Shown here one piece after another: positions 25,052-36,414 of a stretch of 64,000 nt of DNA. Every line of letters begins with the position of its first letter. Positions within the stretch are counted from its first letter, which is position 1. The position numbers and the translations under genes were made by a program. This DNA comes from Octopus bimaculoides (lineage: Eukaryota): NCBI RefSeq assembly GCF_001194135.2, contig NC_068982.1:84990409-85054408 (forward strand), written 5' to 3'. A model generated the notes under the pieces. It did no database searches. It saw nothing but the letters and a program-made list of their open reading frames with translations, and was not told the DNA's origin.

Positions 25052-26250
25052 ATGTGTGTGTATATGTTTGTGTGTCTGTGTTTGTCCCCCTCATCATCGC
25101 TTGACAACCAATGGTGGTGTGTTTACGTCCCCATAATTTAGCAGTTCAGCAAAAGAGACCGACAGAATAAGTACTAGGTTTACAAAGAATAAGTCCTGGG
25201 GTTAATTTGCTCGACCAAAGGCGGTGCTCCAGCATGGCTGCAGTCAAATGACTGAAACAAGTAAAAGAGTATACTAAAAGAATATAGAGAAAATAGTCAT
25301 TGTGAGTGGAAGATGTGCAGGTACAATAAATACTAGGAATGTACAGAAAATAGATTTTGTCAAATGATAGGGGCATATTTAGGTGACTAAGACAGCAGTG
25401 GAGGAGGATGCTTGAATAAAAATGGCTAGGGAAAATTCAGAGAGCTTCTACCTTTGTTAGTAAATGAAGGGTCTCTTCATCAGAGTGAAAGGCAAACTGT
25501 ATGATGCCTATGTGCAAACAGCCATGCTACATAACATTAAAACATGGGCTGTGACTGAACAAGATATGTGAAGGCTTGAAAGAAATGAAGCTAATATGCT
25601 TCACTGGATGTGCAATGTCAGTGTGCATCTATGACAGAGTGTAAGTGTCTTCAGAGAAAAATTGGGTATAGAAGGCATCAGATGTAGTGTGCAAAAGAGT
25701 AGACTGCACTGATATGGTCATGTGATGCATACAGATGAAGATGGTTGTGTAAAAAAGTACCTAAGGAGGGAACATGTGGAAGTGGTAGACCCAGGAAGGT
25801 GTGGAATGAAGTGGTGAAATATGATCTTTGGTTGTTGAGTTTCATGGAGGTGACAAGTGGCTGAGACTTCTAGCAATTTGCTGTGTCTCAGAAGACATGT
25901 AAAGCTAAGTGAAATCATGGGCATAGTCAGTGTCGATGACATATAAAAGACACCCGTGACAGTGACAAATAAAAGGTACCCATGCCAGTGGCATGTAAAA
26001 AGCACCCATGTTGGTGACACGTAAAAGGCACCTATACCGGTGACACATAAAAGGCACCAGTGCTGGTAACATGTAAAAGGCACCCATGCGGGTGAAATGT
26101 AAAAGGCACTTGTACCAGTGATGCATAAAGACAAAACCCATGCTAGTAATATGTAAAAGATACCCATACTGGTAACATCCAACTGTAGCCAGGTGCAGCT
26201 CTCCATCTTACTAGCTCAAGTCAAACCATCTAACCCATGATGATGATGAT
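23100..26250 (+). mobile_element. RTE LINE (RT to 3'UTR) interrupted by a SINE at 24188-25272
   Basis: YRGIKLLDQVMKV, FGFVSGRST, NMEKAFD, GVH.GSVLS and LLYADD. The frame resumes after the SINE, followed by a minisatellite 3'UTR and a (GAT)n tail. Confidence 0.88.
24188..25272 (+). mobile_element. Bipartite tRNA-derived SINE (family B) with a central (TA)n/(TG)n tract (gap inside)
   Basis: Head tggctgtgtggtaag...ggattcattccc, caccttgggcaagtg. The right half ends gcagtcaaatgactgaaacaagtaaaagag. Confidence 0.88.
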
Positions 26251-26445
26251 GATATATCAGGTCATTAAGAATGAAATGTCCAATTTTCTTATGCACCAAG
26301 TTTGACAGTCATTAACTCTAATGTTTTATCCCGACAAGTCTTTGTTTAACAACACTGAAGAGTAACATAATCAGTTTTCGAAATGCAATTCAAGAAGATA
26401 AATTTAGGAAAAATTTTTTAAAAAAGTAAAAGTTTCAAAAAAAAT

Positions 26446-26593
26446 GTGGCTATGTGGTAAGTAGCTTGCTTACCAATCACATGGTCCCAGGTTCAGTTCC
26501 ACAGCGTAGCACTTTGGGCAAGTGTCTTCTACTATAGCCTCAGGCTAACCAAACCTTTGTGAGTGGATTTGGTAGATGGAAACTGAAAGAAGC

Positions 26594-26640
<47 letters not shown>

Positions 26641-26850
26641 GTACGTTTGTGTGTCAGTGTTTTTCCCCCACCATCACTTGACAACCAATTTTGCTGTATG
26701 TCCCTGTAACTCCGAGATTCGGCAAAAGAGACTGATATAATAAGTACTAGGCTTGCAAAGAATAAGTCCTGGGGTGGATTTGTTTGACTAAAGGCGGTGC
26801 TTCAGCATGACTGCAGTCAAATGACTGAAACAAATAAAAGAATATGAATA
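26446..26850 (+). mobile_element. SINE family B, complete
   Basis: Same two halves around (TA)n. Confidence 0.88.
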
Positions 26851-26949
26851 AAACAAACATTAACCTAATTGGTGACACCAATGTGTTTGATTGGCCAGAA
26901 ATGGAGGTTAGAACAGAAGCGAAGATAATATTGCTGACATTGAAGTTGA

Positions 26950-28150
26950 AAATCAGTTCATTATCAGATGTTTCCATTTCAGACAGTTGACTTTCAACAT
27001 GTAATAAGAATTTGTCTAGAGTACCTTAAGTGATTTTACTCTTCTTGTCATCCAGAATAACTCTATAAAGAACAATTCCCATAATTCTAGCCAAGCACTC
27101 AACATTAAAATCCATCTCCTTGAAAAGGGTTAGTGAGTCCTCCATTAACCTCCTCTTGTTGTTACTGTTCATGAAACTTCATCAACTTTTCATTTGTGAG
27201 TGGTTGCTTGTCAGCATCAATGTGTGAAAATCATCTTTCAAATCCATGTTCTTTTGACAATGCCACCAATTCTTTGTTTACATCAGTAATGTCAAAACCT
27301 TTGAAATTGTTCACAAACTGGGGACACAGTTCCTTCCAAATGGCATTCATACATGTTTCTGATGCATCATTCATGCCGAGTTGATATAAAGAATGGACTT
27401 GCAAATATTGTATGTTTTCCAAAAGTTATAGAGTGTGATGCCTTCTTCCATTTCTGTTGCTTCATGGATACACACTTTTTATAGTTATGCTTGAAGTTAG
27501 AAATAATAGTCTGGTCCATAAGTGGCATGAGAGAGGTGGTGTTAGGGAGTAGGTATATGATGGAGATATTAAGATGAAAGTCAACAATGATTCCAAAATA
27601 GCCAAAGGGCATTGTCTAAAAAGGATTTTGAATAGAATTTACTTCTCTTTACAGTACTTCTCAACTGCTGGAACAAAACGATTGAAAAACCAATCTTCAA
27701 AAATTATAACATTTACCCAATGCTTGGTATTTGACATCTGCATAAATAGGATTGATGCCTTTGGAATGTTCTAATATTTTCTTGGATTTGTTGCATGATA
27801 AACTAAGAGAGGCTTTAACTTGCAGTCTCCTCAGTAACTACCTCTCAACATAAGAGTTAGGTAATCTTTACAGCACAAACTTTTCCTTCTTAGCTATAAA
27901 GGACTGGTCAAGCATTCTTTTTCAGAAAAGCCTGGTCTCATCAGTTTTAAAAGTTTGCTGGGGAACAAAGCCATCGAGCCCAATAACTTTTACCAATGTT
28001 ACAAGAAACTTGGCTACTGTATCTACTGACACACTTTAACCATGGACCTTAATGTTATTAAGGTTGTGTCACTGCTTGAATCACATAATCCATCTTGGAC
28101 TGGCCTTGAAATCCACTGTTGCATCATCAGGATACCTCTTCTTAAGGTCA
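26950..28150 (-). mobile_element. pogo/Tigger (TIGD1-like) transposase remnant
   Basis: KTDETRLF.KRM, CKLKPLLVYHATNPR, LLPNTTSLMPLMDQ.IISNFK and ETCMNAIWKELCPQFV. Confidence 0.82.
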
Positions 28151-28159
28151 TTCAAAACA

Positions 28160-28987
28160 AAAGTGATTTCTTTTGAATTATCACAGAATGGAGAAAGTTC
28201 AGAGAGCTTTTACCTCTGTTGACAACCAAAGGTCTCTTTCTTGGATTGAAGGGAAGATTGTATGATGCATGTGTACGAATTGCAACACTACATGATAATG
28301 ATATATGGGTCCTGAATGCGGAGGGCATGCAAAGGTTGGAAAGGAACAAAGCTGGTATGCTCGCTGGATGTGCGATGTCAGTGTGCATGTGCAACAGAGC
28401 ATAAGAGAAATTATATGCAAGGAGCAAGAGAGGAGACTGCACTGGTATGGTCATGTGATGTGAATGGATGAGGACAGTTGCACAAAGAAGTGCAAATCAC
28501 TTAAAATGGAGGGAAGTTGTGAAAAAGGGAGACTCAGGAAGACATGGAATGAAGTAATGGAGGCCGATCTCAAAATGCTGAGCCTTATGAAGGAGACAAC
28601 TGAGATATGTGGCACATTGCTGTACTCAAGAAAACCTGTCCACCACAACAAAGTTGAGATCCTAAAACCAAAGTACCACATAAAAAGCATTGGTGTGGGT
28701 GCTGGTGCCATGTAAAAAGTATTGTGTGGGTGATAGTGCCATGTAAAAATCATTGTGCAGGTGCTGGTGACACGTAAAAAGCATTGTGTGGATGCCACTT
28801 AAAAAGCACTGGTTATGGTGTCATGTAAAAAACACCCAGTACACTGTGGAGTGGTTGACATTAGGAAGGGCATCCAACTATAGAAACCAAGCCAAAACAG
28901 ACTATGGAACTTGGTGTAGCCCCTGGCCTTGCCAGTTCCTGTCATGCAGTCCAATCCATGCCAGCATGGGAAACAGACATTAAATAT

Positions 28988-29025
<38 letters not shown>
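28160..29025 (+). mobile_element. RTE LINE 3' fragment with 3'UTR and (GAT)n tail
   Basis: LGLKGRLYDACVRIATLH...RLERNKAGML...WYGHVM...GRLRKTWNEV. Confidence 0.85.
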
Positions 29026-29591
29026 TTCATGCCAAAGTGAAAGCTATTCCACTTCTTCAATTATTTTACTTTTTGTTGGTGATTAAGGTGCTCCTCATTG
29101 CTGGAGCAGTATCTCAGCTGTGAGTTTAAATCCTTTCCATCGTGTAAATAATTGTAGATATCATCATTCAACTTAAGCCATAAGCGTACACTATCACTAA
29201 CTGAAAAGATGGTAATCTTTTCAGTTTTTCATAGTATTTGATCATCGCCAACCTATCCTCCAAAAGATTAGTATGGTGCTCTGCTCCAGCAGGAGTACAT
29301 TAAAAAGAATTTTTGTTGTAGCCTGTACTGGAATTCGTAAGATGATTCAATGAAAGATCTGTAGACAACCTAATTAGCCATCAATTTAATATTAGTTTAC
29401 TGTTCCAATATTGGATTCTTCATTCTGACATACCTTTTAGCTTTTCTGCAACAGATTTTAATATGTTACTAAGTGTGAGAAAATAGGATTATATACACCT
29501 GATATGCTATAATTTCTTTCAAATTATACAAAAAAAAGTGTTCATTTTGGAAGGAAGACATTCCCAAACAAAATAAAAAACTAATACTTAC

Positions 29592-29725
29592 GTTGGCCTT
29601 CGCCCTCGGCCCTTTTCCCATTTCTCAGAGATGAAATTCATCCATTCCCTTGCAAAACTAATCATACATTTCCCAAGTTCAATTTTCTGTTCATCTGATA
29701 CAAGACGTTGTAGTTCTCGATGATA
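29592..29725 (-). CDS. MAP3K4: MAP3K4/MEKK4-like internal exon (134 nt): YHRELQRLVSDEQKIELGKCMISFAREWMNFISEKWEKGRGRRP(T)
   Basis: Acceptor ttctctttatAG, donor GTaagt, open frame. It matches my recollection of human MAP3K4 YHKEVVRLMSGEFRQKIGDKYISFARKWMNYVLTKCESGRGTRPR. The phase-2 end fits the next exon. Confidence 0.92.
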
Positions 29726-30559
29726 CTATAAAGAGAACAAAAGGAACTGGCAACATATTACATTAAACTGCATTAGTGTTTTATGTATCTACAAAATTAT
29801 AGTATAGAAAACAGAGCAAGGACATATATTAAGAAAGAGTAGTTGGGATGCTATTTCGATTTTACATTTTCTTCAATATTTTTAAGCATAAATGTCTAAA
29901 CTGAGTGAATGCTAATAAGAGGATAAAGTTTTGAACTATTAGCCTTATTTCTAATCATTATGAGATACAAGACTGGATTTGAACTGTGGTGTACCAAGGC
30001 ACCTCAAATTCAGTGGGCCCCCACATACACAAGAATAAAAATCTTGGAAAATTAAAAAATTTAAATCTCAAAACCCATCTATTGCATGTAATTGTATTTG
30101 ACAAATTAGCAGAGAAAGTTTAAATAAATGACTGAAAATGTTGCTTTATAGATAAACTTTATGAAATTCAAATTTTTTTCTCACACTTCCACTTCTAGTG
30201 TTTGATTTTTCCTTCATTGTGAAAAGTACAATGACGGAGGGAAGAGGAGGTAAGATTTTTTCTTTCTTTAATGTGAGTTACAAATGTTTCAGAATGGAGA
30301 ATACAATATGAATACGATTAATGACAAAAAATTACGAAAAAGAAAGATATATCATTTTAGTTGTTGTTGTTCCAAAGGCATGATGAGTGTGTGTGTGTGT
30401 GGCAGGGGAGACAAACATTTAAAAGGCATCGATTTTAAAAACTTTTGTTTTAAAAAGTTTCCATTGTTTTGCAATGCATGAAAAAAAAAAAAAGGGAAAA
30501 TCCTGACAAAATTGAAGAAATTCCCATATATATGGGATAGCTATTCTGAAAAAACTCCA

Positions 30560-32160
30560 TTTCTACATTAGATGACAACACATTTGCTCTGGTCTTCTCA
30601 TAGGCCTTTGCAATGTCTAGAATGCCATATGCTCAAAGGATCTTCAACATTTTGTAATGGTTGCTGTCAAACTCGTTGCTGAAATCCGTGAAAGTTATAA
30701 TGGCAGAACTCTTACCTCTGCTGGTGACAAAGGGCCTCTCACTCAGAGTGAAAGGCAAACTGTATGACGCATGTGTATGAACTGCCATGCTACATGGCAG
30801 TGAAACATGGGCCGTGACTGCTGAGGACATGCGTAAGCTCGCAAGGAATGAAGCCAGTATGCTCTGATGGATGTGTTGTGTCAGTGTGCATACTCGACAG
30901 AGTGTAAGTACCTTGAGAAAAAAGTTAGACCTAAGAAGCATCAGTTGTGGTTTGCAAGAGAGATGATTGCGCTGGTATGGTCATGTGGCGAGAATGGATG
31001 AGGATAGGTGTGTGAAAAAGTTCCACACCCTAGCGGTTGAGGGAACCTGTGAAAGAGGTAGACCCAGGAAGACCTGGGATGAGGTGGTGAAGCACGATCT
31101 TCGAACATTAGGCCTCACCGAGGTAATGACTTGTTACCGAGACCTTTGGAAATATGCAGTGTGAGAGAAGACCCAGCAAGCCAAGTGAGACCCATAATCC
31201 GAGGCCTCTGTCAGGGTGTAGCCAGCCCACTTATGCATACCTTTCCTTCATTGGACACTAAACTCTGTTTGCGAAGACCTATTGAGGCAAATGAAATCAA
31301 TCCAAATTCGACGACTGGCACCCATGTCAACCCTCCTTCATTGGACACTAAACTCGGCTTGCGAAGACCTGTTGGGGCAAGTGAAATCGAAATCGTGATT
31401 GAACCAAATTCGATGACTGGTACCTGTGCCAGTGGAACGCTAAGAGCACTGTCTGAGTGTGATCATTGTCAGAGCAGCTGTCTGGCTTTCATGCCAGAGA
31501 CATGTAAATAGCACCATTTGAGCGTGATCTTTACTCGCGTTGCCTTACTGGCACTTGTGCCGGTGGCACATGAAAAAACATTCGAGCGAGGTCATTGCCA
31601 GTGCCGCTGGACTGGCTCCTGTGCAGGTGGCACGTAAAAAACACCATTTTGAGCGTGGCCATTGCCAGTACCGCCTGACTGGCCCTTGTGCCAGTGGCAT
31701 GTAAAAGCACCCACTACACTCTCGGAGTGGTTGGTGTTAGGAAGGTATCCAGCTGCAGAAACTCTGCCAGATCAGATTGGAGCCTGGTGCAGCCTTCTGG
31801 TTCACCAGTCCTCAGTCAAATCATCCAACCCATGCTAGCATGGAAGGCGGACATTAAATGATGCTGCTGCTGTTGATGATGATGTAGTGGTCTTGAGTTA
31901 ACTCCTATGATATGCCTCAGGACCAAGATCTGAGATGTTGTGGATCTCCCTAGTCTAAATTCATTTTGATTTGGTCTCAGATGGCTATTAAGCACCTGTT
32001 GAATCCTGTTGAGGATCATTCAGTTGATGACTTTGAGTGAGATGTTGGACAGTGCAATTCCTCGGTAGTTAGTTTCCTGGCTTTGGGATTGGTATCAAGT
32101 CAATCTTGAACCACTGATCTGAACTTTGAAGAGTGCCAGTAGTAACCATCACAGATCTGG
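30560..32160 (-). mobile_element. Second RTE-family RT fragment, split by the insertion at 30706-31880
   Basis: NYRGIALSNISLKVIN.MILNRI...QNEFRLGRSTTSQILVLRHIIGV [insert] AIITFTDFSNEFDS...MLKIL.AYGI. Confidence 0.75.
30706..31880 (+). mobile_element. RTE LINE 3' fragment (nested)
   Basis: LHGSETWAVTAEDMRKLARNEASM...RWYGHVARMDEDRCVKK...GRPRKTWDEVV, 3'UTR and (GAT)n-like tail. Confidence 0.88.
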
Positions 32161-32199
32161 ACTCCACAGATGATACAGCACTCATAACTAATAGTTAAT

Positions 32200-32456
32200 T
32201 TACATTATTTACATTATCTACATTTGACGGATATTCGTCCTCATCTTGTTTGTTGTTAACACAACGTTTCGGCTGATATACCCTCCAGCCTTCGTCAGGT
32301 GTCTTGGGGAAATTTCGAACCTGGGTTCTCATTCCTATCGATGTTACTATTATTATTATTATTATATTATTATTATTATTAATCAGGTCGCTGCCGTGAA
32401 TCGAACTCGGAACCTTGGGGTTAGTAGCCCGCGCTCTTAACCACTACGCCATATGC
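32200..32456 (-). mobile_element. tRNA-headed SINE-like element with (AAT)n linker and hammerhead-containing 3' part
   Basis: A-box TGGCGTAGTGG, B-box GTTCGATTC, (AAT)n at 32346-32381, HHR at 32303-32258 and a (TGTAAATAA)-like tail. Confidence 0.8.
32258..32303 (-). ncRNA. Core-intact minimal type I hammerhead ribozyme
   Basis: GACAC-CTGACGA-A-GGCTG(gagggtatat)CAGCC-GAAAC-GT-T-GTGTT. All conserved core nucleotides are present. Stem III is the palindrome ACGU. The predicted cut is GUU|, between 32263 and 32262. Confidence 0.8.
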
Positions 32457-32579
32457 TGGAGGGTATATCAGCCGAAACGTTGTGTTAACAACAAACAAGA
32501 TGAGGACGAATATCGTGGACACAATGAGCAATATTTACTGCACGTTTGACTTTGGGCAAAAAATATTTTCATAAATACT

Positions 32580-34260
32580 TTTACTTTTAGTTGTTTCAGT
32601 CATTTGACTGCGACTATGCTGGAGCACCACCTTTAGTCAAGAAAATCGTCCACAGGACTTATTCTTTGGAAGCCTAGTACTTATTCTATCGGTCTCTTTT
32701 GCCAAACAGCTAAGTTACGAGGATGTAAACACACCACCATCAGTTGTCAAGCGATGTTAAGGGGACAAACACAGACACACAAACACATACACATACATAN
32801 NNNNNNNNNNNNNNNNNNNNNNNNNNNNNNNNNNNNNNNNNNNNNNNNNNNNNNNNNNNNNNNNNNNNNNNNNNNNNNNNNNNNNNNNNNNNNNNNNNNN
32901 NNNNNNNNNNNNNNNNNNNNNNNNNNNNNNNNNNNNNNNNNNNNNNNNNNNNNNNNNNNNNNNNNNNNNNNNNNNNNNNNNNNNNNNNNNNNNNNNNNNN
33001 NNNNNNNNNNNNNNNNNNNNNNNNNNNNNNNNNNNNNNNNNNNNNNNNNNNNNNNNNNNNNNNNNNNNNNNNNNNNNNNNNNNNNNNNNNNNNNNNNNNN
33101 NNNNNNNNNNNNNNNNNNNNNNNNNNNNNNNNNNNNNNNNNNNNNNNNNNNNNNNNNNNNNNNNNNNNNNNNNNNNNNNNNNNNNNNNNNNNNNNNNNNN
33201 NNNNNNNNNNNNNNNNNNNNNNNNNNNNNNNNNNNNNNNNNNNNNNNNNNNNNNNNNNNNNNNNNNNNNNNNNNNNNNNNNNNNNNNNNNNNNNNNNNNN
33301 NNNNNNNNNNNNNNNNNNNNNNNNNNNNNNNNNNNNNNNNNNNNNNNNNNNNNNNNNNNNNNNNNNNNNNNNNNNNNNNNNNNNNNNNNNNNNNNNNNNN
33401 NNNNNNNCAAACGTAAAAATAAAAATATGAATGAAAAAATTATGAATGAAAAAATTATGAATGAAAAAAATTATCAAGAATAAAAGATAAAACTTTATAT
33501 ATATATACAAAGTTTTAATTAAAAAACCTTTAATTATATTATAAACAATAAAGACTAATTATTAATCAAATATTATTAATCAAAAACAATCGAAAATATA
33601 TCAACACTATTCAAATCGAAGTTCTAATATTATGTTGAAATGAAACTATAACTTCTAAATAATTTAGTGTTAAATAAGTTATCTATTAAAAATAATCTTT
33701 AAAGAACCAAATGAATAATATAAAAAACAAGAATACATATTATTTTCAAATAGTAGAAAATATTTAGCAAAGAAAAAACAGTACTTATCCATATTTTTCC
33801 GTAATTGAAACTGAAACGATGAGTTCTTGTAACTTGGTTATTTTCCCTAAAACTATACATTATATATATATATATATATAATAATACAAATAATATATGA
33901 GTATATGCATATATACGTACATGTATGTACATACCTACATCTACATGTACATATAGATGCATATCTGGGTACAGGATGTCACAAAGAAACGTGGACAAAA
34001 TGAAAAATGAGAACATAAACAGAACACGGAAAACAAACTTTTTTTTGAACAACGGTAGGAACACACAGGAAAACAGACAGGCCACATATATATATATACA
34101 ACAGGCTTCTTTCAGTTTCCGTCTACCAAATCCACTCACAAGGCTTTGATCAGCCCGAGGCGATAGTAGAAGACACTTGCCGAAGGTGTCACGCAGTGGG
34201 AATGAACCTGGAACCATGTTGTTAGTAAGCAAGCTACTTACCACACAGCCACTCCTGTGC
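32580..34260 (-). mobile_element. SINE family B halves (right half 32580-32799, left half 34098-34260) separated by a gap and AT-rich insert(s)
   Basis: Both halves are in the same orientation and the correct order. They may be one interrupted copy or two partial copies. Confidence 0.7.
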
Positions 34261-35784
34261 AAAATAAGGTAAATCTGCCTCTTCAATTCTCTAGAATTAC
34301 ATTTGGTAAAAAACTCATACACATCAATATCCATTCTTAGACACCAGAAAGATCAGAAATTCAACAAAAATTAAAATATCTAGGTCAAATCAAAGAGAAT
34401 CATGGGAAAATGGCATATGAAATTAATGAAACTCGATTAAATCAAAAAACTCAAAATATTTTCTCTAGCTTCTTCATGATCTACTGGAGNNNNNNNNNNN
34501 NNNNNNNNNNNNNNNNNNNNNNNNNNNNNNNNNNNNNNNNNNNNNNNNNNNNNNNNNNNNNNNNNNNNNNNNNNNNNNNNNNNNNNNNNNNNNNNNNNNN
34601 NNNNNNNNNNNNNNNNNNNNNNNNNNNNNNNNNNNNNNNNNNNNNNNNNNNNNNNNNNNNNNNNNNNNNNNNNNNNNNNNNNNNNNNNNNNNNNNNNNNN
34701 NNNNNNNNNNNNNNNNNNNNNNNNNNNNNNNNNNNNNNNNNNNNNNNNNNNNNNNNNNNNNNNNNNNNNNNNNNNNNNNNNNNNNNNNNNNNNNNNNNNN
34801 NNNNNNNNNNNNNNNNNNNNNNNNNNNNNNNNNNNNNNNNNNNNNNNNNNNNNNNNNNNNNNNNNNNNNNNNNNNNNNNNNNNNNNNNNNACAAATTTGC
34901 AAAAATTTTCTAAAAATTACAAAAAATTTTAAAAAGTTATGATGGGTTATATGGAGTACTTAAAGCAGAATTCCACCTGGCTCTCTTCCTGATATATTTA
35001 TGCACCATGCTGTGAAAAAGAAGAGATTATTGAAATTAGTCGTTACTCATTTTGCCCCAGTTCAGACAAAAGTTTTTGAAAATTGAAAATTATCAAATTA
35101 GGCATTAGCATGGGAAAAAAATAGACTTGGAGCCCAACAGAGAAAAGAATTTAGATTGTTAAACACCAAAAATTATCTAGATGTTTTATTAGAAACCTCA
35201 ATAACAAGTGGGTCAAAGTTGAGGAAGGATATCTTGAAAATAAAGTACCTGTTACCTGACTGTTTCAAACTGCCTCAACTGCAATAACAACAATGGTGGC
35301 CAATGTTTACTCCAAAAGATGATGCAAGAATACAAAATGGCGATGCAATACTTGCAATGTAATTGTTTCAAACAAGTAGTGAAGAAACAATGAGAAATTG
35401 GTAGTTACTAATTCTGCCCCACTCCCCAGTAGTTATTTCAAGTATTTGATGACGAAAAAAGTGAAAAACGAAAGAAAGAAAAAAATTTGATTTAATGAAA
35501 AACATGAGCATAAAAGCAATTATTCTAATGCTGCAAAAATGATTTGAGCTGTTGAGAGATGTAATAATTAAAACTAAATTCAAAATTTAAATTTTGGAAC
35601 ATATTCATTACTTGCTCTTTCATGAAATAAGAACAATTTTCAATGTGTGTGCGTCTTTAATAGCCAGTAGTCACTGCTCAGTCTTGTGTTGAAAGGATGA
35701 ATTTGAATTAGAGACAATAACTTCCTTCTATCAATCTCTTTATCTTTATATATATTCATACTCTCTCTCTCTCTCACATGTGCG

Positions 35785-35830
<46 letters not shown>

Positions 35831-36363
35831 CATTCTTTGGAGTGTTTTGTTGCCTGTCAATGTTCCAAAAGCAGCTACAATTAATTTCCAAAGGAATTAT
35901 AGCTACTTTGGGACTGGGTAGCAAAGTGTTTCTTAATTGAATGAATTGATGTCACTAATGTAGTTAAAACTATGGTTATTTATAAAAAAAAAATATGCTT
36001 GTCTATTGAAAGTGAGCCCCTGCAAGAAAGATTGCTGAGCAGTGGGGGACTTCCTGTACCGAATGCTATATACCCTTCATAACAGAGGGGCCCTATATCT
36101 AGTGGATGCCTGGGGCAATTGCCCCCTTTGACCCCCTATAAATCTAGCCCTGATCAGGTGTCTTATTCCTAGTATATACTTAATACCTGACTAGACACAA
36201 ACTAGAAATTTTTGTTCTCAAACTAATGATAGTGAAGCCATATGCACTATTCCACTAATACATGTACAAGATATGAGCATGTATATGATATTGGCTGGGA
36301 TATTTTATTTAAAATTTGCAATAGCATATATTTCTCTGCTAATATTACAGACATCATCCAGAG

Positions 36364-36414
<51 letters not shown>

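Noticed and set aside
25930-26180. Repeat-spacer-like array resembling CRISPR
   Set aside because: The repeats are short and degenerate, the spacers are similar to each other, the array lies in a LINE 3'UTR in a eukaryotic context, and there are no cas genes.
32386-32456. Possible genuine tRNA gene (minus strand, ACT in the anticodon position)
   Set aside because: The 5' acceptor strand that should pair with CAGCGAC is missing, the anticodon stem is imperfect, and it runs into (AAT)n and an HHR. It is a SINE-type head.
34960-35009. Exon-like segment on the minus strand (strong acceptor; MVHKYIRKRARWNSAL)
   Set aside because: Weak donor, end phase incompatible with the 29725 exon, and no convincing MAP3K4 similarity.
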